This document shows, piece by piece, positions 24,313 to 36,905 of a stretch of DNA of 64,000 nt. The position numbers and the translations under genes are program-made. Position 1 is the first letter of the stretch; each line of letters begins with the position of its first letter. The stretch is from Macrostomum hystrix (lineage: Eukaryota > Animalia > Platyhelminthes), in the NCBI GenBank assembly GCA_950097015.1, contig CATNEN010000038.1, forward strand, positions 17,360,001-17,424,000, given 5' to 3'. The notes under the pieces were generated by a model that was not told the origin of the DNA, made no database searches, and worked only from the letters and a program-made list of their open reading frames with translations.

Positions 24313-26384
24313 CAATGTGACTCAGTTCTATTAACAGATAAGTTAAAAACACTGAGGTCTATTGCCTTTTTGTCTCTTAGGGCTCAGTTTGGAGCCTATG
24401 GAATTGATTTTTTCCATTTTAATTTTATTAAATAAGAATATCAAAATATATGTCATAATTTCATACAACAGTTATATAATTACTAGTTTTAATCAATTAA
24501 ATCTAAAATAAAATGTCCTAGGCCCATTTCTAATTTGCCAAATGGCAATTTTGGTTGTGGCTGTTTTGTATATAGCTACTACTTGGGTCTATTAAGTATT
24601 CTTTCTAGACAAAGGAAAGGCTAGGCCCCCTAATGTGGTTATTCTTAATATGTAAAATAAAAAACTAATTCATCATTAATATTGACACATATATCATTAA
24701 TGTTATGTGTGACTGCTATTGCTATTGTGTTGAGTGGCCACTTTGACATGGGGCAGTTTCAACATAAAAGCATGGAAATTCTGCTGTTCAGTTTTGTATT
24801 TTTTAATTTAAACTTGGCTTACCAAATTACTTACTTTAAACATACAGCTGAGTTTTTGTTGGTCTTTATGAGTTGAGTTAAGTTCTATGGTTCACTGGTA
24901 GTGTAAAATGCAGAATAAGCAAGCAAGTAATTTAAATTAACTCTAGGCCCTAGTGTAGTTCTACTTGACTTTGCAAACAAACAAGCCAAATGGTAGATAT
25001 GATGCAAGTCAAATAACAGCCCCATCATTTGTTATTGTTCCTAGGCCTAGTCAACAACGAATACAAAAATTTATTTTAATAAAGATATAAAGATTATAAT
25101 AGAGAGAATAAATATTATTTTATTGTGCTTTTTTATTCAAATTAGCTCATTAGGCCTAGTGGAGCCCAATATAAACTAATTTATTAAATTTTAAATTTCA
25201 AACTGATAGTATAAGCACTAAGACCTGTACTAAAAAGCTGCCATTCTAGGCTTAATGTATTCTAGTCACTCTAACATACCTGAAACTAAATTCTCTATAG
25301 GCTATGGGTTTAATTTGGTCCCATCACTATTTGGTTTAAGAAATATATAACTGCAATAAGCTCAATTGTAAAATTTCAAACACATTGATCTAATGGAGTA
25401 AAAAAGTTACTGTAATAAATTTGTTTAGAAAAAGGTAGGCATTTGCAAAGCTGGGATACAAACATGTACATAGGGCCTAATGTGGTGGCCTATTCCAGCA
25501 AGCTCCCGCAAGCAAAATTTGCTATTCCAGCAAGCAAAATCTTTAAAACAAAGCCTAGCTTTTTAAATGAATTAGAATAGACCATGCGTTGTTAAGGATA
25601 ACATAAAGTACCTTATAATTTTATAGTTAAAAATATAAGTTATGACGATACTATTAAAATTACGTCACGTGGGCGTAAGTCTAAATTTTGAAGTCATGGT
25701 TCCTTAATAAAATCCTTTTGTTCGGACATAATAATTAATAACTCAGCAAGGATCCACGAAAATGCTATTTTAAATTGCACCATGTTGATCAATAAATAAT
25801 ATTACGTAAGCATACAGTTTACCGTTATTCTGAAGCTGGGGATTAAACTATGCAAAGCCCTGCTTTCGGTTTTCTAAGGAGTCTGCCAGTTTTGTTTGAC
25901 TCTTTAGTATTTTAGATATTTTACGAGTATAAGTCTATTTGTCTAATTTTGAATTAAGTTTTCATATTGTAGCTTTTAAGAAAGGGGCACTGCGTTGCCC
26001 CGTCTGTCGTAGTGGTTCTCTGAACACCATGCAAATAAATATTTATTCTTCATTTTGCCATTGGAGTAAAATTATGTTTTAAGCAAGTTTCGTAGTCATA
26101 ATTTGGATTATAACACAAAAGACCACTATGAGTAGAACTCCTACTTTACTCTACTCCTATAGTGATCCTTGTTATGACATTGATGATGATCAACATGTTA
26201 CTAATCAACGATATATGAATTATGCTGTTCTAAACTCGGCTAGTAAAATTGCATAACATTTTGCATGGCTTTGTGATCCACTGATCTTCATATTTTTTTC
26301 TGCGTGAATCATTGTCTTCAGTATCGAACTGCAATTCAACTTCATGCAATAAAATTTATATATTACCGCGGAGAGAACGCTTAG

Positions 26385-26590
26385 GGTCTTGCCTGGAAAT
26401 TTACGCCCTTGAGAGAATCAGTGATCCCATCAGTGAATTTTGTACACTTACCTTAGCGGTGTACACCAAAGTTAAGTGTGTAATACTTTCGGCAGTACGG
26501 TATATGCACTTGTGTGTATGTGAACGGAATGAGCGGAATATGGTCTCCTCGCTGGCTGCGGGTTGACTGTTAAAAGATGATTGTCAGAGC
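26385..26590 (+). mobile_element. Degenerate SINE family A fragment
   Basis: AATTTACGCCCTTGAG and CTCCTCGCTGGCTGCGGGT match family A. Confidence 0.6.
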
Positions 26591-26799
26591 CAGTGAGTTA
26601 GCATCGGTGAAAAATAAGACAATATAATTAAAGGGATAATTTCAATTCAGAGACACAACAATACGGTCAACGTTAAATCAAGGACTTCTCAAGTACGTAG
26701 TACTTAAGATTTTCTTGAGTTAAATTATAGTTTGATGCACGCACAAAGCACTTGTATTTTAGCTACTGTGAATAAATAAAAAAAATCAATTAATGCTGA

Positions 26800-27050
26800 T
26801 TTCACCTGCCCTAATCGCGCGCAGGCCAAATGTGCAGCCAACAGCCGCAGCATCTATTACGCGGCGCATCTGAAGGCTGCGTACGGCTGTTCAGTCCGTG
26901 GAATGTAGCTAAGGGATTGGAGCTAAAGTGGCTTTTGAGCGTCGCGGACTAACGATTTAAAGTTCGCGGGTAGGGGTTCGATTCCTGACTTTACTTGAGC
27001 AACAGTTGTATTCTTTAGCAAGACACTAAACAACTCGAATGGATTCCACT
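26800..27050. mobile_element. SINE family C fragments (3' part on the - strand, then a tRNA head on the + strand)
   Basis: 26800-26905 is the reverse complement of ~28890-28980; GGTTCGATTCC and GCAAGACACT at 26975-27027. Confidence 0.6.
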
Positions 27051-27074
27051 GTCAACCCTCCTCTTACCAACTAT

Positions 27075-27560
27075 ACCATCAACTTAATAATTATCCCATC
27101 AACTTACGAATTATCCCATCAACTTACTAATAATTCCATCAACTTACTAATTATCCCATCATCTTACTAATTATCCCATCAACTTACGAATTATCCAATC
27201 AACTTACTAATTATCCCATCAACTTACTAATTATCCCATCAACTTACGAATTATCCAATCAACTTACTAATAATTCCATTAACTTTTTAATTAGCCTATC
27301 AAGTTACTTATTATCCCTCAACGTAATAATTATCCTCTCAGCTGATTAATTATCCCCTGAACATAAAAATTACCCCACAAAGTTACTAATTTCCTCTAAT
27401 TATCCTCTCAGCTTACTAATTATCCCCACTGCTTACGAATTATCCGCTAGGGAAAAATAATTATCCCCTCAGCATACTAATTATCCCCTCAGTTTACTAA
27501 AAATCCCATCAGCTAACTAATTTTCCTCTCCGCGTACTATAAATCCGCGTACTAATTATT
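27075..27560. repeat. 20-bp minisatellite (AACTTACTAATTATCCCATC), decaying rightwards
   Basis: Tandem copies. Confidence 0.9.
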
Positions 27561-28232
27561 CTCCCAGCTTTCGTATATTTTCCCCAGTTTCCTGATTCTG
27601 ATCATGATTCATGATTCATGATGACCTACACTTTCCCATATAATTCTCACGCTCGAAAAATCGTGTACAGTTTTCCATTATATAGCTCCTAGAAATTCTC
27701 CGTCGCAGCTACATTCCTATGCATATACCGGCATTTGCTGGACCAATAATTGAATGGGCCCGTGATATTACCTGCATGTGACTTTATATATACGTTTCCT
27801 TTATCAAAGCAACTGATGTTTTGGTCAATGTTGACAAGGCTGCAGCTAGATAAAATGACCATATAAGCCATGATTTTTATTGTCCTGCATTGGCCATTCA
27901 CCTGCTCAATTTGGAGAATGATGCTGCATTTATAGGATGCATAATTTAAAAGCGTGCATGTTGACGTTGAACGAACCCACACTGACTGACTAGTGACCAC
28001 ACTGATTTCTTGATAATTTAGCCACGCTTGCATGGTGAATTTTCTACAAGTTTTTATATGTATTCTATTGTGCTCTCTAAAGCAGCTTGTGTACATCCGC
28101 TTTTGATAGCTAACCAATGGTGAATCATTCAATAGCCGTAGACAATATAAAATACGTTCAGTGCAAGAATTAAATTAAACAGTTTAGCAATTAAGACGAA
28201 ATTAATTAAGGAAAAGTACATTTTTTTCTATA

Positions 28233-31072
28233 ATGAAGTCATTTGAACGTCCGAAAACTTCGCCGTCAAATCACGTGACTGTACAGCTGCGACCACCAGA
28301 ATCGTCTCTCGCGCGGCCTGCTACATCATCTGGGCGTACGGCTATAATGACGTCATCAAAAAGTTTCGTGACGTCATCCGTAGTAAAACACAATGCGGCA
28401 TTCGATGAGGAACAGCTCGCTGATCAACTTTATAAGGCGGCAGCTTCAGGTGAAAGTCAGGTACAAAAGTTCATTAAATTAGTTTCAAAACTGTTTGATA
28501 ACTACGAAACCAGAGAAAGAATTTTGAAGCTTTGTAAATAGAAAATTAAGTCAGGAAAATTGATTGAAGGGATGATTAATAAGCTTAAGGGATTATCTCC
28601 CAGAAACCGCTAGGAAACGGGGCGATATTTTAGAAACTGCATGGTGGGGAAATTAGGACCACTGGTAGTATTATAGTGTATTTTTTCCCAGCAAATCGGC
28701 CTTAAAAAATGACACGATCTTTGAGTTTTACGTCCTGTTATACTACAGTGCAATGTTCCTTGAAAGGTCGTGGGTTCGATTCCCTACTTCACTGGAACAA
28801 TTGGTGTATTTTAGCAAGAAACTTAACTATGCATTGCTTCAATTCACCCAGCTGTAAAATAGGATAAATGAGATTGGGTGTGGCGTCCCCCAGTCCATGG
28901 ACTGAACAGCCGTACACAGCATTCAGATGCACCGCACAATAGCTGCGGCTGCACACCTGGCATAATTGGGACAGGCGTAATAAATTAAAAATTATTATGG
29001 TCCTTTTAAAAAATGTGGGGATTTCAGTACCAAATCGGTATAATTAGGAAAGTACTATGCAAGAAAATCGTGAGCATAGAGTACCAGACACGTATATTTG
29101 TACTTTTAGTAGTCACACTCTGACAAAATCTCAACGATTCAGTGTCTGCGCCAGATCCTCTCCGGAGGCGGAGACGACAGTGTGAATCCGAATTGCCGCG
29201 AGTCACGCTTGGGCCGCACTGCCCTGATGGCCGCCTGCGCCGGCAACTCGCCATTGTGCGTCGGAGTTCTACTACGCCTGAACGCTAGCCGACAAGGCGG
29301 CATCGTCGACCTGGAGGCTCGCGACAGGTGGGGCAACACGGCTCTGATCCTAGCCGCCGCCAGCGGCTCAGCCAAGGCTATGCGGGTGTTGCTAGACGGA
29401 TGCGTCGGTCACAAGGTTGACACGAATGCGCAGAACGACGCCGGACAAACCGCTTTGATGTGCGCGGCCGAGAGCGACTTGGTCACAGTGGCTAGGCTGC
29501 TGATTGACAAGGTTATTGGCATGCGTGTCGATCTAATAAATAATTTTGCTGTAATACTTATGAAGTGGAGTTTCAAACAAAGAAATTTAGCCAATTTTCA
29601 AGTAAACACCCCCAAGTTTTTACACTGGCAAATTCTGATGACCATTTTACAGCTGAGAAAACTTTAACCAAAATAATTTTGTGTTTTGCTACTATAAGTA
29701 ACGCGGCAAGTAAAAATTGACCTTTATTTAAACAGGGCTGCGACCTTGAAAAGCGCAAAAATTCTGGCGACACGGCGCTAAGCTTGGCAGCGTTGAACGA
29801 CAATCTGGCGGTGACCATCGAGCTGCTCGAGGCCGGAGCCGACGCGACAACATCAAGCTACGACAACGGCTTCACGCCCCTCCTGTGGACCTGCATGGCC
29901 GACAGTTACAACGTCGCCCTGGAGCTCTACAGCCGCGGTGTGAGCCTCAGGCAAGCCACCAGCTGCAAGAATCGGTACACACCGTTGATTGTCTGCGCTT
30001 TTGCCGATTCGCGACGTGTTGGTCAGTTGCTATGCGATTCGTTGCCTGGCAACGAGCTCGGATTGGACGCCACGGACGCCAGTGGCCAGACGGCATTGAT
30101 GTGGTGCGCCAGGCAGGATCGAGCAGAACTGGCTGCCTGCCTACTGCGAGCCGGAGCGTCGGTTGCCATGGCAACCGCTGCCGCCTCGTCTGGGACAAGC
30201 CCTCGAGAGCCTGGAAATGAAGACGAAAATGGGTCGGTAACTTATTATATTATTGCCGTTTCCTATTGAAAACTTGATCTGCAGCAGAGACGTACGAGTT
30301 GCTGCTATTTTTAGAACATCTTGCGGTAAACCCTATTGCATCACCCAACCAAAAAGGCACGTGACCCTCCTTCAGCCAATAAAAGGCATGCATGCCGATT
30401 TTCGGTGGAGTTCTCGTAAAATACTGAACCATTTAAACTGCTCTACTATACGTAGAGAAATAATGAAAATGAAAAGATAAAAAGAAAGGAGAAATGTAAG
30501 GTAGATAGACGTAAGCCAAGGATGCCGAGTAAAAAGCTTTTCATGTCATTTTTAGATCACGATTTAGCGACTGCGCAATGTCCATAGCAATTGCTAGGGA
30601 CTCTAGACGCGTTGCTAGACTAATAGTGGACCATCGCCGTTCTGGCAAACCGACAGCTAAAGCCACGGCAGCCTGGCTTCACAGCCGACGTTGGCGACTA
30701 CTGGACCTGTGCTGTCTGCACAATCGAGCAGAAATTGCCCAATCGCTGCTTATTGGTAGCGACGCGTTGCTAAGCAACGATTTGCAATTAAAAAGAGACA
30801 ATCAGGGTGTGCCTAGCGAAGCTACAACCCGACGACTGCAGCTGGCGGCAATCCGTTGCGCCAGGAGCGGCTCTGCTGAGACACTGTCGGTTCTGACTGC
30901 GGCTAGGCCGGATCTGCTCAGCCGAGTTGGGCGGGGCGGCCGCCACAGCGACTGGGCTCAACAACCTGGCCCGCAGCCGACTAAGACGCTGCTGCAGCTG
31001 GCTCGAGAGGCCCAACTACCTGCGGCCGCCATCCAGATGCTCATTCAGGCTCGAGTTCAGGGTCCAGACTGA
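28233..31072 (+). CDS. Ankyrin-repeat protein; exons 28233-28460, 29143-29511, 29736-30232, 30556-31072
   Basis: Repeated ankyrin cores LYKAA, GRTALMAAC, GNTALILAA, GQTALMCAA, GDTALSLAA, GFTPLLWTC, YTPLIVCA and GQTALMWCA; GT-AG phases are consistent. Confidence 0.87.
28760..28995 (+). mobile_element. tRNA-derived SINE, family C, ankyrin intron 1
   Basis: B-box GGTTCGATTCC; GCAAGAAACTTAAC..TTCACCCAGCTGTAAAA. Confidence 0.7.
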
Positions 31073-31183
31073 TAAGATTGAAACTGCTTCGGGTGCCCAA
31101 TATTGTTTGAGCCTCAAAACATTGACCCATTTTTACAGTAGGACTGCCAAGCTATTTGGCCGCCCGTTTTTATAACAAGGGGG

Positions 31184-31233
<50 letters not shown>

Positions 31234-31912
31234 TTCAGGAGGGCTGTAGGCAATGGCACAGCATTTAGGGACACTAGACCCGCAGAAGGGCGGATAGCTC
31301 AGTCAGTAGGGTGTCGGACTCTGGATCAGATGGTCCTGGGTTCGACTCCCGACCTAGTCTAGAACTATTCGTGCAGCCTTTGGCAAGCTGCTTTGCCCTG
31401 ATGTGCACACAGTCTACTCAGCTGCAAATGAGTACCGACATTTCGTCGGGTAATAATAATTCCGGCTGGCGTGGAATAAAGCAGTTCTGTGGGGTTTGGA
31501 TGCTGCCGATATGTTTGGAAAAAATAAATTCCATTGCTGACACGCGGCTGTCAACCGGTGTCCGAGAGAGCCGGGGAGTACATTAGGAGTGCAGTCCCCA
31601 CCTGCTAGTGTGCCTGACACACAACACCTGCACTGCGTCAAATTATTATATTATTATAAATTCTGCCCATTGAGCACACACACACAGACGCTGTACGCAG
31701 GCATACGCTCACACAGGTGTGTACATCTGGCTTGACTTTATCAACGTCAGGCTGTGCCTAGGAGATTGGCCCTCAAGGGCGTAAATTGTACGACAAGCTC
31801 CCAAGCCTTCACTCCGCGGCTGCGCCCCTAATTAATGTGGCCTCGCCGCGGAATCGAACTTAGGGACCGTGGAGCGAGAGGCAAACGCGTTAACCGCACT
31901 GCCACCGACCCC
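31184..31912 (-). mobile_element. SINE family A copy split by a nested family B SINE
   Basis: Head at 31912-31659 and tail at 31285-31184 (ending in (TTA)n) both align to 60517-60881. Confidence 0.85.
31288..31658 (+). mobile_element. tRNA(Lys)-like SINE, family B
   Basis: Head GGGCGGATAGCTCAGTCAGTAGGG..GGTCCTGGGTTCGACTCC resembles tRNA-Lys; non-tRNA body; TTA tail. Confidence 0.8.
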
Positions 31913-32872
31913 AACAAGGTGGGACTTCCCCCCACCCCCTGAAATTTTTTGGGGTCACGGGTGAATGCTAACAGCGTTGGGTTGTGGACTGATTGGTTGA
32001 CGGACTAGACGATGGTGTCCTGTAGTATATTTATTGTTTTATAATATTAAGGCTTATTCAGTAAAATAGGAGAAATTCGCGTCAGGGTGTCCATAGTGGC
32101 CTAGTTCCACCTGCTGTAGCCCTTGAAGGTCCAGAAGTCCGTCTAGATAAAGGTATGTGACCACCGAAGACGGAGATGATGCAGGCACATTCGGGTGACA
32201 TGCTGACAAATTTTGAAGGCCTGGCAAGGCCGCACTGAGGCGCAGTGCTAATTTTTGTATTGGGGTGCATGATATACACTAGCGCTTATGGTATGAATCT
32301 GACCTTCGGGCAGAGCCATTGAATATCTCGACGGTCTGACTTTCTGTCTAACAAAAAGTTGACTCGTGTTCTTAAGTTTCGTGTGCTTGCGTTGCTTCGT
32401 TCTGGTGCAGCGCAAAAAATAGTCAGGCGTTCCCCCCCCCACGGGGCAGAGTTCTACGATGTCATAAAAATATGAAAAATTGGAAAGAAAATTTCTTGTC
32501 GAGAAGTTTTCAACAAAAAGTCGAATCGAAATATAACGAAAAGGTTACTTATCAATCAGCTTTATATTTTTACAGTTGATTAATTCGCACTGAAGCATCA
32601 CAACTATCAACTAGTGACCATCCATATAAATATATTTATATAAATATGTATAATTATAGGCTACTTTGAAGGACAAGAAGTTCATCGATGTGTGACATGT
32701 GTACCAATACAAACAGCCTTGTAAGCGAAGCGACAAAAAGTAGGCATGTATTGCACAATAGAGACATGACACGTTCAAAATGAGATGCTTGCTTAATAAT
32801 GCTAATGCAATACCAAAAGACCAATTAAATATGAGAAGGCCTGTTTTTTATCGGGAAAGCGACTCAATTATT

Positions 32873-34913
32873 GAAGGCTATTCTCAACTAGGGAAGGCGA
32901 TTCTCAACTAGGGAAGGCGATTCTCAACTAGGGAAGGCGATTCTCAACTAGGGAAGGCGATTCTCAACTAGGGAAGGCGATTCTCAACTAGGGAAGGCGA
33001 TTCTCAACTAGGGAAGGCGATTCTCAACTAGGGAAGGCGATTCTCAACTAGGGAAGGCGATTCTCAACTAGGGAAGGCGATTCTTAATTAGGGAAGGCGA
33101 TTCTTAATTAGGAAAGGCGATTCTTAATTAGGGAAGGCGATTCTTAATTAGGAAAGGCGATTCTTAATTAGGGAAGGCGATTCTTAATTAGGAAAGGCGA
33201 TTCTTAATTAGGAAAGGCGATTCTTAATTAGGAAAGGCGATTCTTAATTAGGGAAGGCGATTCTTAATTAGGAAAGGCGATTCTTAATTAGGGAAGGCGA
33301 TTCTCAACTAGGGAAGGCGATTCTTAATTAGGAAAGGCGATTCTTAATTAGGAAAGGCGATTCTTAATTAGGGAAGGCGATTCTTAATTAGGGAAGGCGA
33401 TTCTTAATTAGGGAAGGCGATTCTCAACTAGGGAAGGCGATTCTTAATTAGGAAAGGCGATTCTTAATTAGGAAAGGCGATTCTTAATTAGGGAAGGCGA
33501 TTCTTAATTAGGGAAGGCGATTCTTAATTAGGAAAGGCGATTCTTAATTAGGGAAGGCGATTCTTAATTAGGAAAGGCGATTCTTAATTAGGAAAGGCGA
33601 TTCTTAATTAGGAAAGGCGATTCTTAATTAGGAAAGGCGATTCTTAATTAGGGAAGGCGATTAGGGAAGGCGATTCTTAATTAGGGAAGGCGATTCTTAA
33701 TTAGGAAAGGCGATTCTTAATTAGGAAAGGCGATTCTTAATTAGGAAAGGCGATTCTTAATTAGGAAAGGCGATTCTTAATTAGGGAAGGCGATTCTTAA
33801 TTAGGAAAGGCGATTCTTAATTAGGGAAGGCGATTCTTAATTAGGGAAGGCGATTCTTAATTAGGGAAGGCAATTAGGGAAGGCGATTCTTAATTAGGGA
33901 AGGCGATTCTTAATTAGGAAAGGCGATTCTTAATTAGGAAAGGCGATTCTTAATTAGGAAAGGCGATTCTTAATTAGGAAAGGCGATTCTTAATTAGGAA
34001 AGGCGATTCTTAATTAGGGAAGGCGATTCTTAATTAGGGAAGGCGATTCTTAATTAGGGAAGGCGATTCTTAATTAGGCAAGGCGATTCTTAATTAGGAA
34101 AGGCGATTCTTAATTAGGGAAGGCGATTCTTAATTAGGGAAGGCGATTCTTAATTAGGGAAGGCGATTCTTAATTAGGGAAGGCGATTCTTAATTAGGGA
34201 AGGCGATTTTAAATTAGGAAAGGCGATTCTTAATTAGGGAAGGCGATTCTTAATTAGGGAAGGCGATTTTAAATTAGGCAAGGCGATTCTTAATTAGGGA
34301 AGGCGATTCTTAATTAGGGAAGGCGATTTTAAATTAGGCAAGGCGATTTTAAATTAGGAAAGGCGATTCTTAATTAGGGAAGGCGATTTTAAATTAGGCA
34401 AGGCGATTCTTAATTAGGGAAGGCGATTTTAAATTAGGCAAGGCGATTCTTAATTAGGGAAGGTGATTCTTAATTAGGGAAGGCGATTTTAAATTAGGGA
34501 AGGCGATTCTTAATTAGGGAAGCCGATTCTTAATTAGGGAAGGCGATTCTTAATTAGGGAAGCCGATTCTTAATTAGGGAAGGCGATTCTTAATTAGGCG
34601 GTTCTAATTAGTGAAGGCGATTCTTAATTAGGAAAGGCGATTCTTAATTAGGGAAGGCGATTCTTAATTAGGCGGTTCTAATTAGTGAAGGCGATTCTTA
34701 ATTAGAGAAGGCGATTCTTAATTAGGGAAGGCGATTTTAAATTAGGGAAGGCGATTCTTAATTAGGGAAGCCGATTCTTAATTAGGCAAGGCGATTCTTA
34801 ATTAGGAAAGGCGATTCTTAATTAGGGAAGGCGATTCTAAATTAGGAAAGGCGATTCTTAATTAGGGAAGGCGATTCTTAATTAGGCGGTTCTAAATTAG
34901 TGAAGGCGATTCT
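32873..34913. repeat. 20-bp minisatellite (GGGAAGGCGATTCTTAATTA), ~100 copies
   Basis: Tandem copies with regional variants. Confidence 0.98.
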
Positions 34914-35504
34914 GTGACTCGTAAAAGCAGATAAATTTTCACTCAGGTGAGAAAAATTCAGAATATTGACTAACCAAAAACAGGAAAAGCAATTTTAAGA
35001 AAGATGATTAATACGAGCTCGTAAGTTCGAGTAAAAAAACTGATATTCTAGAATAAAACAACTAAGACAGCATCAATAAAACACTTGGATTTGCACCTTG
35101 CGTAAATCAGTTGAAATAAATGATAAAATAGATAAAATAAACAAATAAACGGCGATAATACGACAAGAAAAAAATTATTTGCACATAGTTATGACAAAAT
35201 ATTAGGAGGCACAATGTACTTTTTATACCACGCGCTGACATATATTTACGATAATAACAAAGAATCATGCCTTTTTTATTTTCTTTACACAAGTATAAGA
35301 AAAAATATCAACTGGCCATGCTTAGTCTTAAATCACTGCACAATATCAGTGAAATGGTTTAGTTGTATCGACTGAAAAATAGTTTTATTGACGTAAAGTA
35401 TGGCTTGAATAAACAAACGAGCTAGTGTTCATGCTTGGAAATAACAAGATACTCGCAACCTGTTTTCCTTAGTGTGAAGAAGAAATTAGCCAAGGTAGAA
35501 AGAA

Positions 35505-36905
35505 AACTAACTCAGTTGCCTAAAACTAACTCAGTAGCCTGAAACCAATTCAGTAGCCTGAAACTGATTCAGTAGCCTGAAACCAATTCAGTAGCCTGAA
35601 ACTGATTCAGTAGCCTGAAACCAATTCAGTATCCTGAAACCAATTCAGTAGCCTGAAACTGATTCAGTAGCCTGAAACTAATTCAGTAGCCTGAAACCAA
35701 TTCAGTATCCTGAAACCAATTCAGTAGCCTGAAACTAATTCAGTAGCCTGAAACTAACTCAGTAGCCTGAAACCAATTCAGTAGCCTGAAACTAGCCATC
35801 AGGCAGCTAAGGTGATTCAGTAGCCTGAAACTAGCCATCAGGCAGCTAAGGTGATTCAGTAGCCTGAAACTAGCCATCAGGCAGCTAAGGTGATTCAGTA
35901 GCCTGAAACTAGCCATCAGGCAGCTAAGGTGATTCAGTATCCTGAAACTAGCCATCAGGCAGCTAAGGTGATTCAGTATCCTGAAACTAGCCATCAGGCA
36001 GCTAAGGTGATTCAGTAGCCTGAAACTAGCCATCAGGCAGCTAAGGTGATTCAGTATCCTGAAACTAGCCATCAGGCAGCTAAGGTGATTCAGTATCCTG
36101 AAACTAATTCAGTAGCCTAAAACTAATTCAGTATCCTAAACCTAATTCAGTAGCCTAAAACTAATTCAGTAGCCTGAAACTAATTCAGTAGCCTGAAACT
36201 AATTCAGTAGCCTGAAACTAATTCAGTATCCTAAAACTAATTCAGTATCCTGAAACTAATTCAGTATCCTAAAACTAATTCAGTATCCTAAAACTAATTC
36301 AGTATCCTAAAACTATTTCAGTATCCTGAAACTAACTCAGTAGCCTGAAACTAATTCAGTAGCCTGAAACTATCCATCAGGCAGCTAAGGTGATTCAGTA
36401 TCCTAAAACTATCCATCAGGCAGCTAAGGTGATTCAGTATCCTGAAACTAGCCATCAGGCAGCTAAGGTGATTCAGTAGCCTGAAACTATCCATCAGGCA
36501 GCTAAGGTGATTCAGTAGCCTGAAACTAGCCATCAGGCAGCTAAGGTGATTCAGTATCCTGAAACTAGCCATCAGGCAGCTAAGGTGATTCAGTAGCCTG
36601 AAACTAGCCATCAGGCAGCTAAGGTGATTCAGTAGCCTGAAACTAGCCATCAGGCAGCTAAGGTGATTCAGTAGCCTGAAACTATCCATCAGGCAGCTAA
36701 GGTGATTCAGTAGCCTGAAACTAGCCATCAGGCAGCTAAGGTGATTCAGTATCCTGAAACTAGCCATCAGGCAGCTAAGGTGATTCAGTAGCCTGAAACT
36801 ATCCATCAGGCAGCTAAGGTGATTCAGTAGCCTGAAACTAGCCATCAGGCAGCTAAGGTGATTCAGTAGCCTGAAACTAGCCATCAGGCAGCTAAGGTGA
36901 TTCAG
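35505..36905. repeat. Compound array of alternating 19-bp (CAGTAGCCTGAAACTAATT) and 39-bp (CAGTAGCCTGAAACTAGCCATCAGGCAGCTAAGGTGATT) blocks
   Basis: Block order 19/39/19/39; directly abuts the CSK stop codon. Confidence 0.97.

Noticed and set aside
25984-26012. Second Helitron 3' end (GGGGCA..TGCCCC hairpin followed by CGTAG)
   Set aside because: There is no CTRR terminus or matching 5' end, so the evidence is insufficient.
27689-28132. 147-aa minus-strand ORF
   Set aside because: It is AT-rich, has no recognisable domain and has no splice partners.
31288-31365. tRNA gene
   Set aside because: The acceptor stem does not pair and the sequence continues into a SINE body and tail, so it is a SINE head. 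The same holds at 60517.
32325-32430. Telomerase RNA pseudoknot (CTGACTTTC ... CAAAAAATAGTCAG resemblance)
   Set aside because: There is no CTAACCCT-type template upstream and no U-rich triple-helix loop.
35740-36884. MASFRLLNHLSCL repeat ORFs
   Set aside because: These are translations of the 39-bp array. The same applies to the ORFs at 6364-6971, 37637-38200, 40913-43079, 49484-49906 and 50472-51749.
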